A stretch of DNA of 64,000 nt from Gemmatimonadales bacterium (GTDB taxonomy: Bacteria; Gemmatimonadota; Gemmatimonadetes; Gemmatimonadales; GWC2-71-9), in assembly GCA_050733195.1 (NCBI GenBank), contig JBOHSH010000114.1, positions 5,389-69,388 on the forward strand. Reading direction: 5' to 3'. The translations under genes and the position numbers were made by a program. Below, piece after piece: positions 43,203 through 52,231 of this stretch. How positions within the stretch are numbered: the first letter of the stretch is position 1; the number at the start of each line of letters is the position of its first letter. The notes beneath the pieces were generated by a model that searched no databases, had not been told where the DNA came from, and saw only the letters and a program-made list of their open reading frames with translations.

Positions 43203-43376
43203 TGGGTTCTGGGTTCTGAGTTCTGAGTTCTGAGTTCTGGGTTCTGGGTTCTGGGTTCTGAGTTCTGGGTTCTGGGTTCTGGGTTCCGAATTCTGCCTGC
43301 GTGCAGTTCGCACCCAGCACTCAGAACTCAGCACCCAGCACTCAGAACTCAGCACTCAGCACTCAGCACTCAGAAC
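43203..43376. repeat. largest inverted pair of heptamer arrays: (GGTTCTG/GAGTTCT)x13 ... (CAGCACT/CAGAACT)x9
   Basis: Left arm 43203-43293, an 18-nt spacer, right arm 43311-43376. The nadC stop TGA (43370-43372) is inside the right arm. In one frame the left arm reads QNPEPRT repeats. Confidence 0.92.
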
Positions 43377-44227
43377 AGTTCCAAGGCTATGTCCGCCGAA
43401 TCGACGCTGTTTGTGATCGCTCCGACGGAAACGTAATCCGCTCCCGCGTCCGCGTAGGCGCGGGCGGTCGCGAGCGTCACCCCACCGCTCGCTTCGATCT
43501 CGGTGCGCGGCGCGAGGGAGCGGGCGAGCCGGGCCCACGCGCGGACCGTGTCCGGCGTCTGGTTGTCGATGAGGAGGCGGTCGGCGCCCGCCGAACAGGC
43601 CGCCCGGACCATCGGCTCCGACTCGACTTCCACCAGGCAGGCGAGCGCCCCGCGCCGCCGCGCGTCCTCGAGCGCATCGGCCAGCGAGCGGCCCGACCGC
43701 TCCAATGCCCGCCAGTGATTGTCCTTGATCATCACCGTGCGGGCCAGATCGAGCCGGTGCACCTCACCGCCGCCGGCCACGACCGCGGCGACGTCGAAGA
43801 GCCGGAGACCCGCGGCGGTCTTCCGGGTGTGCAACAGCCTACAGGTGGTGCCGGCGAGGGCGTCGACGTAGGCACGGGTCGCCGTGGCGATGCCCGACGC
43901 CCGCTGCAGGAGATTGAGGAGCGGCCGCTCCGCCCGAAGCACCGCGCCGAGCCCGCCCGACACTTCGCCGATCACGTCGCCTTCGATCCGCTGGCCTTCG
44001 CGTGCGCTCCACGTGAGCGACACCCCGGCGAGCCGGCCGACCGCATCGGCGTACGCGAGTCCCGCCAGCACCGCCCGGCCCCGGCACTCGAGCCTGCCCT
44101 GCACCGTTTCCGCGGAAGAGGAAACGACTTCGGTGGTGAGATCGCGGGAGCCGTCCTCGGCGAGCGCCACCTGCGCGACGCGCCGGGCGTCCTCCGCGAG
44201 GTCGGGCAGCCGTTCCGGAAGAGGCAC
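43370..44227 (-). CDS. nadC: nicotinate-nucleotide diphosphorylase (quinolinate phosphoribosyltransferase)
   Basis: 285 aa. ERPLLNLLQRASGIATATRAYV, LLHTRKTAAGLR and MIKDNH. Confidence 0.9.
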   Translation of the reverse strand: MPLPERLPDLAEDARRVAQVALAEDGSRDLTTEVVSSSAETVQGRLECRGRAVLAGLAYADAVGRLAGVSLTWSAREGQRIEGDVIGEVSGGLGAVLRAERPLLNLLQRASGIATATRAYVDALAGTTCRLLHTRKTAAGLRLFDVAAVVAGGGEVHRLDLARTVMIKDNHWRALERSGRSLADALEDARRRGALACLVEVESEPMVRAACSAGADRLLIDNQTPDTVRAWARLARSLAPRTEIEASGGVTLATARAYADAGADYVSVGAITNSVDSADIALELF

Positions 44228-44228
44228 G

Positions 44229-45218
44229 CTAGTGCTCGGCGCGAGCCTTCCGGATCTCCTCGGTGAGGTGCGGCACGATCTCGAAGAGGTCGCCCACGAT
44301 CCCGTAGTCGGCGATCTTGAAGATCGGCGCGTCCTTGTCGCGATTGATGGCCACGATGACCTTCGACGTCCGCATTCCGGCGAGATGCTGCACCGCGCCG
44401 GAGACTCCCACGGCCACGTAGAGATCGGGGCTCACCAGCCGGCCGGTCTGGCCGATCTGGTCGGCCGCGGGGCGCCAGCCGTCGTCCGTGACCGCCCGCG
44501 TGGCCCCGACGGCGGCGTTGCCGAACGCCGCCGCGAGGTCTTCCACGAGCTTGAAGTTCTCCGCGGCGCGGAGCCCGCGGCCGCCGCTCACCACCACGCG
44601 CGCTTCCCCGAGATCGAGCCGCGCCGAGCCGCCGAGGGTCATTTCCGTCACCACCACGCGGGCGTCGGCGGGAGTGAGCGCCGGCGGCAGCGGCTCCGTC
44701 TTCGCGTCGCGCGGGGACTCGACCGGATCGAGCGCGCCCGGACGCAGCGACACCAGCGCGGGGCGGCCGGAGACGCGGAGCGTGGCGATCAGCTTGCCCG
44801 TGTACACCGGGTGTCGCGCGATCAGCTCGTCGCCCTCGAGCTCGAAGGCGGTCACGTCGGAGGCGAGGCCCGTGCGGAGCCGCGCCGCCGCCCGGGGCGC
44901 GAGGTCCCGGCCCTGCGCGGAAGCGGAGAAGAAGGCGGCCCGGTAGTCGCCGCCCTCGATCACCTGGGCGGCGGTGGCGGCGTACACCTCGGGCGAGTAG
45001 CGGCTCAGGTCGGCCTGTTCCACCACGAACACCCGGTCCGCGCCGTACCGGCCGAGCTGAGCGGCCACCGCCTGAAGACCCTCGGATCCGATGAGGAGCG
45101 CGTGAACCTGGCCGCCGCCGCTGCCGTCCGCCACGCGGCGCGCCGCGGTGACGGTCTCGAAGGCCACCTTGCGGGCGGCGCCGCCCCGCGTCTCGGCGAA
45201 TGCGAACGCGTCGGCCAT
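44229..45218 (-). CDS. etfA: electron transfer flavoprotein alpha subunit
   Basis: 329 aa. C-terminal FAD-binding signature PDLYVAVGVSGAVQHLAGM..SKVIVAIN.D..APIF. Confidence 0.92.
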   Translation of the reverse strand: MADAFAFAETRGGAARKVAFETVTAARRVADGSGGGQVHALLIGSEGLQAVAAQLGRYGADRVFVVEQADLSRYSPEVYAATAAQVIEGGDYRAAFFSASAQGRDLAPRAAARLRTGLASDVTAFELEGDELIARHPVYTGKLIATLRVSGRPALVSLRPGALDPVESPRDAKTEPLPPALTPADARVVVTEMTLGGSARLDLGEARVVVSGGRGLRAAENFKLVEDLAAAFGNAAVGATRAVTDDGWRPAADQIGQTGRLVSPDLYVAVGVSGAVQHLAGMRTSKVIVAINRDKDAPIFKIADYGIVGDLFEIVPHLTEEIRKARAEH

Positions 45219-45970
45219 CAGAGCACCCGCGCCTCTTCACGGAGCAGCCGCACCAGCTCGGTCACCGCCCCCGCGCCTTCGCCGACGATCCGGCCGGCGG
45301 CGCGCTCGGGCGGCAGCGACAAACTCCGCACCTCGACGCGTGACGCCCCGAGCGCCGCGGGACGGGTCTCGATCGGCTTCTTCTTCGCCGCCATGATGCC
45401 CTTGAGCGAAGGGAGCCGCGGCCGGGCGATGCCCTCGTCGATGGTGAGCACGGCAGGAAGCGGGAAGGTGACGGTCTCGGTCGCGCCCTCGAGCTGGCGG
45501 CCGGCCGTGCCGCGGCCCGCGGCGATCTCGAGCGACGTCACCGCGGTGACACAGGGGAGGCCCAGCAGCTCGGCCGTCATCGGGCCGACCGTGCCGTTGC
45601 CGGAATCGGTCGCTACCCGGCCGAACAGGATGAGGTCACAGCCTTCCCCCGAGAGCGCGGCCGCGAGCGCCTGGGCGGTCGCGAAGCCGTCGAAGGGCAC
45701 CTCGGCCGCCGTGAGGTGGATGGCGCGATCGAGGCCCAGGCTCAGTGCCTTGCGCAGGATCTCCAGCACCGCGTCCGGACCGAGACCGACCGCCACGACC
45801 TCTCCGGCGCCCTCCTTCTCCCTGAGCCGGAGCGCGACCTCCGCGGCATAGCCGTCGAAATCACCGAGATCGAACTTGAGTCCCGAGGGGTCGACCGACT
45901 TCCCGTCGGGCGCGACGGCGAATCGCCCCTCGGTATCGGGCACCCGCTTGATGCAGACGGCGATCTTCAC
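45218..45970 (-). CDS. etfB: electron transfer flavoprotein beta subunit
   Basis: 250 aa, GTG start. (M)KIAVCIKRVPDTE.. and ..LILFGRVATDSGNGTVGPMTAELLGLP. Confidence 0.92.
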   Translation of the reverse strand: MKIAVCIKRVPDTEGRFAVAPDGKSVDPSGLKFDLGDFDGYAAEVALRLREKEGAGEVVAVGLGPDAVLEILRKALSLGLDRAIHLTAAEVPFDGFATAQALAAALSGEGCDLILFGRVATDSGNGTVGPMTAELLGLPCVTAVTSLEIAAGRGTAGRQLEGATETVTFPLPAVLTIDEGIARPRLPSLKGIMAAKKKPIETRPAALGASRVEVRSLSLPPERAAGRIVGEGAGAVTELVRLLREEARVL

Positions 45971-45986
45971 CCTGGCTCCCCGGTGC

Positions 45987-47186
45987 CTAGAACGCCGACA
46001 ACCCGGTGATCTCCTCGCCGAGAATCAGGGAATGCATGTCGTGCGTCCCCTCGTACGTGTACACCGATTCCAGATTCGCGAGGTGCCGCATCGAGTGGTA
46101 CTCGGCCAGGATGCCGCTGGCGCCGAGCAGGCGGCGCGCCTCGCGGGCGCATTCGCAGGCCATGTTCACGTTGTTGCGCTTGGCGAGCGACACCTGCTCC
46201 GGCGTCATCGTCTTCGCGTCCTTGAGCCGGCCGAGCTGGAGGCAGAGCAGCTGCGCCTTGGTGATCTCGGTCAGCATGTCCGCCAGACGCACCTGCTGGA
46301 TCTGGGTCTGCCCGATGGGCCGGCCGAACATCACGCGGTTCCGGGCGTACCGCACCGCCTCGTCGAAGCACGCCATCGCGGCCCCGATGGCTCCCCAGGA
46401 AATCCCGTAGCGCGCCTGGGTGAGGCACATGAGCGGGCTCTTGAGCCCGCCGCTCTTCGGCAGCAGGGCGTCCTTCGGGAGGTGCACGTCCTGCAGATGG
46501 ATCTCCGAGGTATCGCTGGCCCGGAGCGAGAGCTTGCCCTTCTGATCGCGGGCGGAGTAGCCCCGGGTGTCGGTCGGAACGATGAAGCCGCGGATGCTCT
46601 TGGAGTCGTCGATGGAGCCGGTCTTCGCCCAGACCACCGCGACGGTCGCCTGGGATCCGTTGGTGATCCACATCTTGGTGCCGTTGAGCACCCACCCGTC
46701 CGCGGTCTCGCGCGCGGTGGTGATCATCCCGCCCGGATTCGACCCGAAATCGGGCTCGGTCAGTCCGAAACAGCCGATCTCCCGGCCGGCGGCGAGGCTC
46801 GGCAGCCAGCGCTTCCGCTGCTCCTCGCTGCCGAAAGTGTAGATGGGATACATCACGAGCGCGCCCTGCACCGACGCGAACGAGCGGATCCCGCTGTCGC
46901 CGCGCTCGAGCTCCTGCATGATGAGCCCGTACGCGACGTTGTTGAGCCCCGCGCAGCCGTACTCCTCCGGCAGATTGGCACCCAGGACCCCGAGCTCGGC
47001 CAAGCCGGGGATCAGCTCCTTCGGGAAGCGGCCATCGATGTAGCACTCGGCGATGACGGGCATGAGGTGCTCGTCCACCCAGGCCCGCACCGTGTCCCGA
47101 ACGGCGCGCTCCTCTTCCGAGAGGAGGGTATCCATCCGATAGAAATCGACCCCGGGGAACTGGGTCGTGGCGGTTCCGGCCGGCAT
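45987..47186 (-). CDS. gcdH: acyl-CoA dehydrogenase, glutaryl-CoA dehydrogenase-like
   Basis: 399 aa from ATG 47186 (residue 244 of track ORF 45987..47915). DFYRMDTLLSEEERAVRDTVRAWVDE.., CFGLTEPDFGSNPGGM, WITNG and YEGTHDMHSLILG. Confidence 0.88.
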   Translation of the reverse strand: MPAGTATTQFPGVDFYRMDTLLSEEERAVRDTVRAWVDEHLMPVIAECYIDGRFPKELIPGLAELGVLGANLPEEYGCAGLNNVAYGLIMQELERGDSGIRSFASVQGALVMYPIYTFGSEEQRKRWLPSLAAGREIGCFGLTEPDFGSNPGGMITTARETADGWVLNGTKMWITNGSQATVAVVWAKTGSIDDSKSIRGFIVPTDTRGYSARDQKGKLSLRASDTSEIHLQDVHLPKDALLPKSGGLKSPLMCLTQARYGISWGAIGAAMACFDEAVRYARNRVMFGRPIGQTQIQQVRLADMLTEITKAQLLCLQLGRLKDAKTMTPEQVSLAKRNNVNMACECAREARRLLGASGILAEYHSMRHLANLESVYTYEGTHDMHSLILGEEITGLSAF

Positions 47187-47228
47187 CTCAACCCCTTGCA
47201 AAAGCTTGATATAGAGCGCTGGAAGATA

Positions 47229-47322
47229 GGGAGCCGGGGAGCCGGGGGCTAGGGAGGAGGACGGGGAACGGGGAACGGGGAACGGGGAACGGGGAAAGGG
47301 GAACGGGGAACGGGGAACGGGG
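47229..47322. repeat. composite array: (GGGAGCCG)x2-GGGGCTAGGGAGGAGG then (GGGGAAC)x9
   Basis: gggagccggggagccgggggctagggaggagg (47229-47260), followed by acggggaac x9 with one GGGGAAA variant (47261-47322). It lies between the marR stop and the gcdH start. The array is open in one frame, which creates the fused 642-aa track ORF. Confidence 0.92.
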
Positions 47323-47338
47323 CCGTCTGCCCGACCGT

Positions 47339-47890
47339 CTAGTCGGTCGAGCGGCGGCCCTCCCGCTTCGTGGGTCCGTTCTGCCGGCGGCGGTTGGCGA
47401 CGCCTGTAGGCGGAGGCAGCTCTCCTCCCGAAGCGACGAGACCCATCGTCTTGAGGAGCTGCGTGACGGCGACCTGCTCTTCGGCCGACAGCCCCCGCAT
47501 AGCGTCGGCGATGGCGCGGGCGTGCGCGGGGAAGATCGAACGGATCAGCCTGGCCCCTTCGCGGGTCAGGGTGACGTACTTGGCGCGCCGGTCCTCCGGG
47601 CATTCCTGCCGGACGACGAAACCCTTCTCGGCCAGCCGGTCCACGAGGAAGGTGATGCCGCCGCTCGAGACCAGGATCCGGCGCTGGATGTCGCCGAGCA
47701 CCATGCGGCCCCGGTGATAGAGGGCTTCCAGGATCGCGAACTCGGTAAGGGAGAGGCCGTGTTGGGCGGCATGGGCGACGGCGTGCGCGGAGACGCTCGC
47801 GTGCGCGCGCGAAAGGATCACCCAGAGCTTGAGGGCGGTCTCCGTGCCGGCGGGAATCGAGGTGTCGTCGATCGTGGTCTGGTCGGCCAA
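47339..47890 (-). CDS. MarR-family transcriptional regulator
   Basis: 183 aa. Winged HTH LSLTEFAILEALYHRGRMVLGDIQRRILVSSGGITFLVDRLEKGFV..DRRAKYVTLT.EG. Confidence 0.85.
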   Translation of the reverse strand: MADQTTIDDTSIPAGTETALKLWVILSRAHASVSAHAVAHAAQHGLSLTEFAILEALYHRGRMVLGDIQRRILVSSGGITFLVDRLAEKGFVVRQECPEDRRAKYVTLTREGARLIRSIFPAHARAIADAMRGLSAEEQVAVTQLLKTMGLVASGGELPPPTGVANRRRQNGPTKREGRRSTD

Positions 47891-48582
47891 TCGGCTCCCT
47901 CCGTCCGGGTGCCAACCGCTCCCTCGCTACTAAGATAATCCCTCCGCACGGCTCCCCCGTCGATACCCACCTCCGCGGCCTTCTCGCGAAAGGCCGGGTC
48001 GTGGGCCAGCGCCTGCCCGGTCTCTGCCTGCCACTGATGGATCATCTCGTGGAGGAATGTCTCCGCGGCCGCTTCCCAGCCGTCGCGCCGGAGGTGCTGC
48101 CGGGAGAGCACGAGCGCCGCGGGGGCCGGTCCGCATGGGGGCCGGAACTCGCCCAGCCGCCTCCGCATCTGGTGCGAGAGGCCGATCCGCACCGGTCCGA
48201 GCGCGCCGCCGAAGTGGCGGTGATTGAGCTCGGCGTGGAGCCACCGAAGCCGTTCGACCAGGCGCGCGTCGCCGGGCCGCGGCACCCCGGCACGGCGCCG
48301 TTCGGGGCCGGGAGGAACGTGCTCGTGCACCGGAAAAGCCGTGAGCAGCCGCTGGGCCGCGAGCCGGGCGGGACGGCGAAGCGCCGGCTTCGCCCAGGTG
48401 ATGATCGCCAGGAGGACACGATCCGGCGCGAAGGCGTAGCCCCGATGCACCCGCAGCACCCCGCGGGCGGTCCGGGTCACCAGCACGCGAGCGTTGCCGT
48501 GCAGCACCACCGGGATGGACGTCGGCAGTCCGAGCCCGCGCAGGCGGCTCTCGAGATCGAGCCCGAGCGCGAGCTGCGTCAC
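47818..48582 (-). CDS. SprT-like zinc metallopeptidase domain protein
   Basis: 254 aa from GTG 48582, which overlaps the upstream stop (GTGA). LHAELNHRHFGG.L and the HExxH motif FLHEMIHQWQ. Its 3' end overlaps the marR start by 73 nt. Confidence 0.65.
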   Translation of the reverse strand: MTQLALGLDLESRLRGLGLPTSIPVVLHGNARVLVTRTARGVLRVHRGYAFAPDRVLLAIITWAKPALRRPARLAAQRLLTAFPVHEHVPPGPERRRAGVPRPGDARLVERLRWLHAELNHRHFGGALGPVRIGLSHQMRRRLGEFRPPCGPAPAALVLSRQHLRRDGWEAAAETFLHEMIHQWQAETGQALAHDPAFREKAAEVGIDGGAVRRDYLSSEGAVGTRTEGADWPTRPRSTTPRFPPARRPPSSSG

Positions 48583-49409
48583 GCCGGCAGCGCCCGCGCG
48601 AACTTCGAGAACCCGGCTGAGGCGAACCGGCCGAGGCCCGAATCCCAGCGGTGGTGCCGGATGTCGACGGCATCGGGGTCGACGCGGATGACGTTGAAGG
48701 CCGCCGCCCGCTGGCCGCGGGTGCGTTCGGTGTGGGTGCTCGCCGTGCTCACGACCACGCGCCCGATCTGTCCGGCGCCCTCTTGATGATCGTGCCCGCA
48801 CAGCACGACGTCCGCGCCGATCGACTCGAGCCGCCGCTGCGCACGCTTCCAGCGGGCGAGCCCCATCCGGCGCGAGATCTCTCCGCGGAGCACGTTGTGG
48901 TGCAGCACGAGATAGCGTGCCGCGCCCGCCGGGGCGGCGGCGAAGGCGCGGCGCACGCGCCCCACCTCGGAGCCGGGGAGGTGTCCCTTCACGGCCATAT
49001 CGTTGAGGTTCCAGGTCATCGATCCGGACGCGATGCCGTGCGCAGTCAGCGCGCCGACGATCACCGCCCCCGGGATCGTGAGAACGGGGGCGAGCTCGTC
49101 ACCGAAGTAGCGGCGGTATTTCCGGTAGAGCGGCGCGGTGCCGAAGATACCGAACGGGCTCTTCCACCACTCGACGTCGTGATTGCCGGGAATGGTATAG
49201 ACGGGCGCCGAGTCGGCCAGGCGCTTCGCGAACGCGAGCGCGCGCTGGAACTCGCCGTGGCGCGCGCGCTGGGTGAGGTCGCCGGAGAGCACGATGGCTC
49301 CCGGCGAGAGGGTGGGAATCAGCGCCTCGAGCGCCTCGATCTGAACCAGGTCGACATCACGACCGAAGTGAATATCGCCGAGGTGGACGACGGGAACGCC
49401 CGCCGTCAC
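48579..49409 (-). CDS. calcineurin-like metallophosphoesterase
   Basis: 276 aa from GTG 49409 (GTGA overlap with the upstream stop). VVHLGDIHFG, LSGDLTQRA, IPGNHDV, LHHN and CGHDHQ. Confidence 0.8.
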   Translation of the reverse strand: MTAGVPVVHLGDIHFGRDVDLVQIEALEALIPTLSPGAIVLSGDLTQRARHGEFQRALAFAKRLADSAPVYTIPGNHDVEWWKSPFGIFGTAPLYRKYRRYFGDELAPVLTIPGAVIVGALTAHGIASGSMTWNLNDMAVKGHLPGSEVGRVRRAFAAAPAGAARYLVLHHNVLRGEISRRMGLARWKRAQRRLESIGADVVLCGHDHQEGAGQIGRVVVSTASTHTERTRGQRAAAFNVIRVDPDAVDIRHHRWDSGLGRFASAGFSKFARALPA

Positions 49410-50770
49410 CAGATCACCCGGACCCGATAGGTGACGGAGGCCTCGCCGCGCGCGGGGACCCGGATACGGAACCGCGTGCGGGTGCTCGAGAGCTTCTGCG
49501 CCGGGGCCGAGCTCGAGAGCACCGACCACTCGCCGCCCCGCTCCTCCAGCACGTCCACCACGACGGCGCTGTCCTTCGCGTTCGCCACCGTCACCCGGTA
49601 ATCGGCGGTCGCGTAGGTCCGGAGGCTATCGCGCCGGGTGGAGAACGCGGTCTGGACACGAGTCGCCGTCAGATCGAAGGCGTTGCCCGCCGGGAGCCGG
49701 ACCTCCTGTCCGGGTGCGACGTGCCCGGCCGACGCCTCGCCGATGAGCTGGAGCCGTCCGCCCTCGTCGGCCTGGTAGAGCCGGTACGAGCCGCCCGGCA
49801 GCGGCAGCTCGCCGAACGGCGCGCCCGGTCGGCGGGTGAGGGTGTAGGTCACCTCGACCGGCACCCGTCCCTCGTTGCCGGCCATGTTGGGTAGGGGCCC
49901 CCAGAACGGGATCTCGCCTCGCACCACGTAGCTCCGCTCCCAGGGCGCGGACGCGGGCTCGAACAGCGCGGCGGAGGTGGTCACGCCGGGCTCGAGGCGC
50001 AGGCGTCCCGGCACCGTATAGAGGTGCGCCTCGCCGACGCCTTCCTCCTTCGCGAAGCCTCCGGCGACCTCGTCCCGCTGCACCGCGAGCGCCCGCTCCA
50101 TGACCGGCATCGGCGGCCGCGGGCCGCGGGTTATGGTCCCCGCCAGGAGCTGCACCTCGGCGTTCTCGACGCGGACGGTGCCGGAGAGAATGGCGGCGCT
50201 GCCGGTCACCCGGGCGCTGGCCCGGCCGAGGACGACGTCGTAGCCGGCCGTCCAGGTGGCGCCGCTCGTGAAGTAGCCCAGCCGGAGCGCCGGCAGCGCG
50301 GCCGCGGTCCGGAGTCCGAGGACGAGGGTGGGGTCGACGAGCACGAGCTCCGGGGGATACAGCGGCAGCCCGGGCCGCTGGAACACGATCCGGCCGTCCT
50401 CGAAGCGGAACCGCTCCGGATCCACTCCCAGCACCGTCGCGCTGACCGTGTCCCAGACGTTGTTGGTCCGGCCGCCGGTGCGGAACCAGATCTGCCGGCC
50501 CACCGCGCGCCGCATGGTGTTCTGTTCGTCCACCGCCGCGTCGTACGCGGCCCCGGTGATCGCGACGCCGGAATCGAGCGGGAAGAGCGTCGAAGGCTCG
50601 AGCAGGCCCAGCGCCAGCCGCTGCGTCGACTGCCCGGACGGCACCGCGACGGTCACGGTGCGCCGCACCAGCACGCGCCCGTCCTGATAGATGGTGAGGC
50701 TCGTCTGCGCCGCGAGCGGGGCGGCGGCGAAGCAGGCGGCCAGCAATGCGGTAACGCGTCCCGTGCTCAT
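49406..50770 (-). CDS. secreted DUF4140/DUF4139-like protein, paralogue A
   Basis: 454 aa. Signal peptide AAAPLAAQ, IYQDGRVLVRRTV, GYFTSGATWTAGYDV and the C-terminus FRIRVPARGEASVTYRVRV. It is clearly paralogous to the next two genes. Confidence 0.7.
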   Translation of the reverse strand: MSTGRVTALLAACFAAAPLAAQTSLTIYQDGRVLVRRTVTVAVPSGQSTQRLALGLLEPSTLFPLDSGVAITGAAYDAAVDEQNTMRRAVGRQIWFRTGGRTNNVWDTVSATVLGVDPERFRFEDGRIVFQRPGLPLYPPELVLVDPTLVLGLRTAAALPALRLGYFTSGATWTAGYDVVLGRASARVTGSAAILSGTVRVENAEVQLLAGTITRGPRPPMPVMERALAVQRDEVAGGFAKEEGVGEAHLYTVPGRLRLEPGVTTSAALFEPASAPWERSYVVRGEIPFWGPLPNMAGNEGRVPVEVTYTLTRRPGAPFGELPLPGGSYRLYQADEGGRLQLIGEASAGHVAPGQEVRLPAGNAFDLTATRVQTAFSTRRDSLRTYATADYRVTVANAKDSAVVVDVLEERGGEWSVLSSSAPAQKLSSTRTRFRIRVPARGEASVTYRVRVIW

Positions 50771-50827
50771 GATCCTACCCCGTTAGTCCGTTTTCCCGGC
50801 GAAGACCGGGGTTCATGGGGTCGGCCC

Positions 50828-52231
50828 TCACAAGGCCCGAACCCGGTATCGCAGGACGGATTCTCCGCGTGCCGGAACGGAGACGCGGAATCTCGTGATC
50901 CCGCCTTCCACTGCCTCTCCGGGAACGGAGCTGGAGATCAGCCTGCTCGTTCCCATCCGCTCCTGGAGCTCGACGATGACCGTCGAGTCGGAAGCATTCG
51001 CGAATCGAACCTCGGCGTTGGCGACGCTGCCTCCGGAAACGGCCGTCGGACGGCCGCTCACGCCGAACACGGTGTCCTGCACCACCGCGGTCTGCGACGG
51101 CATGCGTCGCGCAGTCACCTCCAGGGCGCGTCCCGCGCGAAGGTCGAGCGGTTTGCCCGCATCGAGCTGCTCCGCTCGCGCTTCACCCAGCAGCACGACG
51201 CCACCTGTCGCATCCCGGCCGTACACCCGCACGATGCCGGGGGGAATGGCCCGGGCGCCGAAGGGCTGGTCGGGCGGCCGCTCGAACCGATAGCGGACAC
51301 TCACGGGAAGCGGCTGTTCGACGCCGGTCGTCCACGAATTCGCGCCTTCCGCCTCGATCCGGTAGACGCGCTCGAACGAGGTGCGGACGGGTCCGAACAA
51401 CAAGGCCGAAGTGGACCAACCCGGGGCGAGAGCGTGCCGGCCGGGCACGGGATGCAGTCGGAATCCTCCGATGAGGATTGGGTCGCCCGGAGGGGTGGAG
51501 CCGGCGATACCCTGAGCTACAACGAGCTCCTCCAGGCGGAAGGGCGCCGCAGCGGCCGGCCCGCGCTCTCGCGCGAACGAACTGGCGCGGCCGGCCATCC
51601 CTTCGAGCAGGACAATCTCCGCGCTGTCGGCCCTGATGTCCGCCGAGCTGACGACGGCCCGTCCCGTGATCTCCGCTTCGCGTCCCTCCAGCTGGACGAT
51701 GTAGTCCGCCTGCCAGGTCGCGCCCTGGGAGACGTAGCCGACGACGAGCCGGCTGCGCGCCCGGTCGCTGTCGAGCAGGATCGTGGTCGGACGGCCACGA
51801 CCGGCCAGATCGGGGGGGAACAACGGGACTCCCGGAGCCGTGAGGAGGACCTGGCCGTTGCTCAGTTGAAAGCGCGGCGGGTCGTCTCCGACGACGATCG
51901 CCGACACGGTATCGGGCTGGCCCCCGACCCGGAACAGGATGCGGCGACCCAGCGAGGCGCGGAGGAGCGTCGCTTCCGTGAGCGAGGCGGGGTACCGGAC
52001 CTCGACGACGGTCACACCCGGGTCCAGGGCCACCAGCGTTCCGACGTCCAGCTGCTCCAGCTCGATCCGATGCTGTGAGCGGCCTCGCGGAACGTTCAGC
52101 GGGAGCTCGTGACGCACGAGAACCCGTCCGTCCTGGTAGACGACGAGCTTCGTCTGCGCGGCGCCGCGAACCGGGCCCAGCCCGAGCATCACGGCGATCC
52201 CTGCCGTCCGCATCAGCGGCGCGCCGGTCAT
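50828..52231 (-). CDS. secreted DUF4140/DUF4139-like protein, paralogue B
   Basis: 467 aa from ATG 52231 (ATGA overlap with the paralogue C stop). VYQDGRVLVRHEL, GYVSQGATWQADYIV and FRVSVPARGESVLRYRVRA. Confidence 0.7.
   Translation of the reverse strand: MTGAPLMRTAGIAVMLGLGPVRGAAQTKLVVYQDGRVLVRHELPLNVPRGRSQHRIELEQLDVGTLVALDPGVTVVEVRYPASLTEATLLRASLGRRILFRVGGQPDTVSAIVVGDDPPRFQLSNGQVLLTAPGVPLFPPDLAGRGRPTTILLDSDRARSRLVVGYVSQGATWQADYIVQLEGREAEITGRAVVSSADIRADSAEIVLLEGMAGRASSFARERGPAAAAPFRLEELVVAQGIAGSTPPGDPILIGGFRLHPVPGRHALAPGWSTSALLFGPVRTSFERVYRIEAEGANSWTTGVEQPLPVSVRYRFERPPDQPFGARAIPPGIVRVYGRDATGGVVLLGEARAEQLDAGKPLDLRAGRALEVTARRMPSQTAVVQDTVFGVSGRPTAVSGGSVANAEVRFANASDSTVIVELQERMGTSRLISSSVPGEAVEGGITRFRVSVPARGESVLRYRVRAL

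Noticed and set aside
47187-47915. Upstream 243 residues of the 642-aa track ORF 45987..47915
   Set aside because: This is read-through across the stop-free (GGGGAAC)9 array into a shadow frame of marR. Acyl-CoA dehydrogenase similarity begins at ATG 47186.
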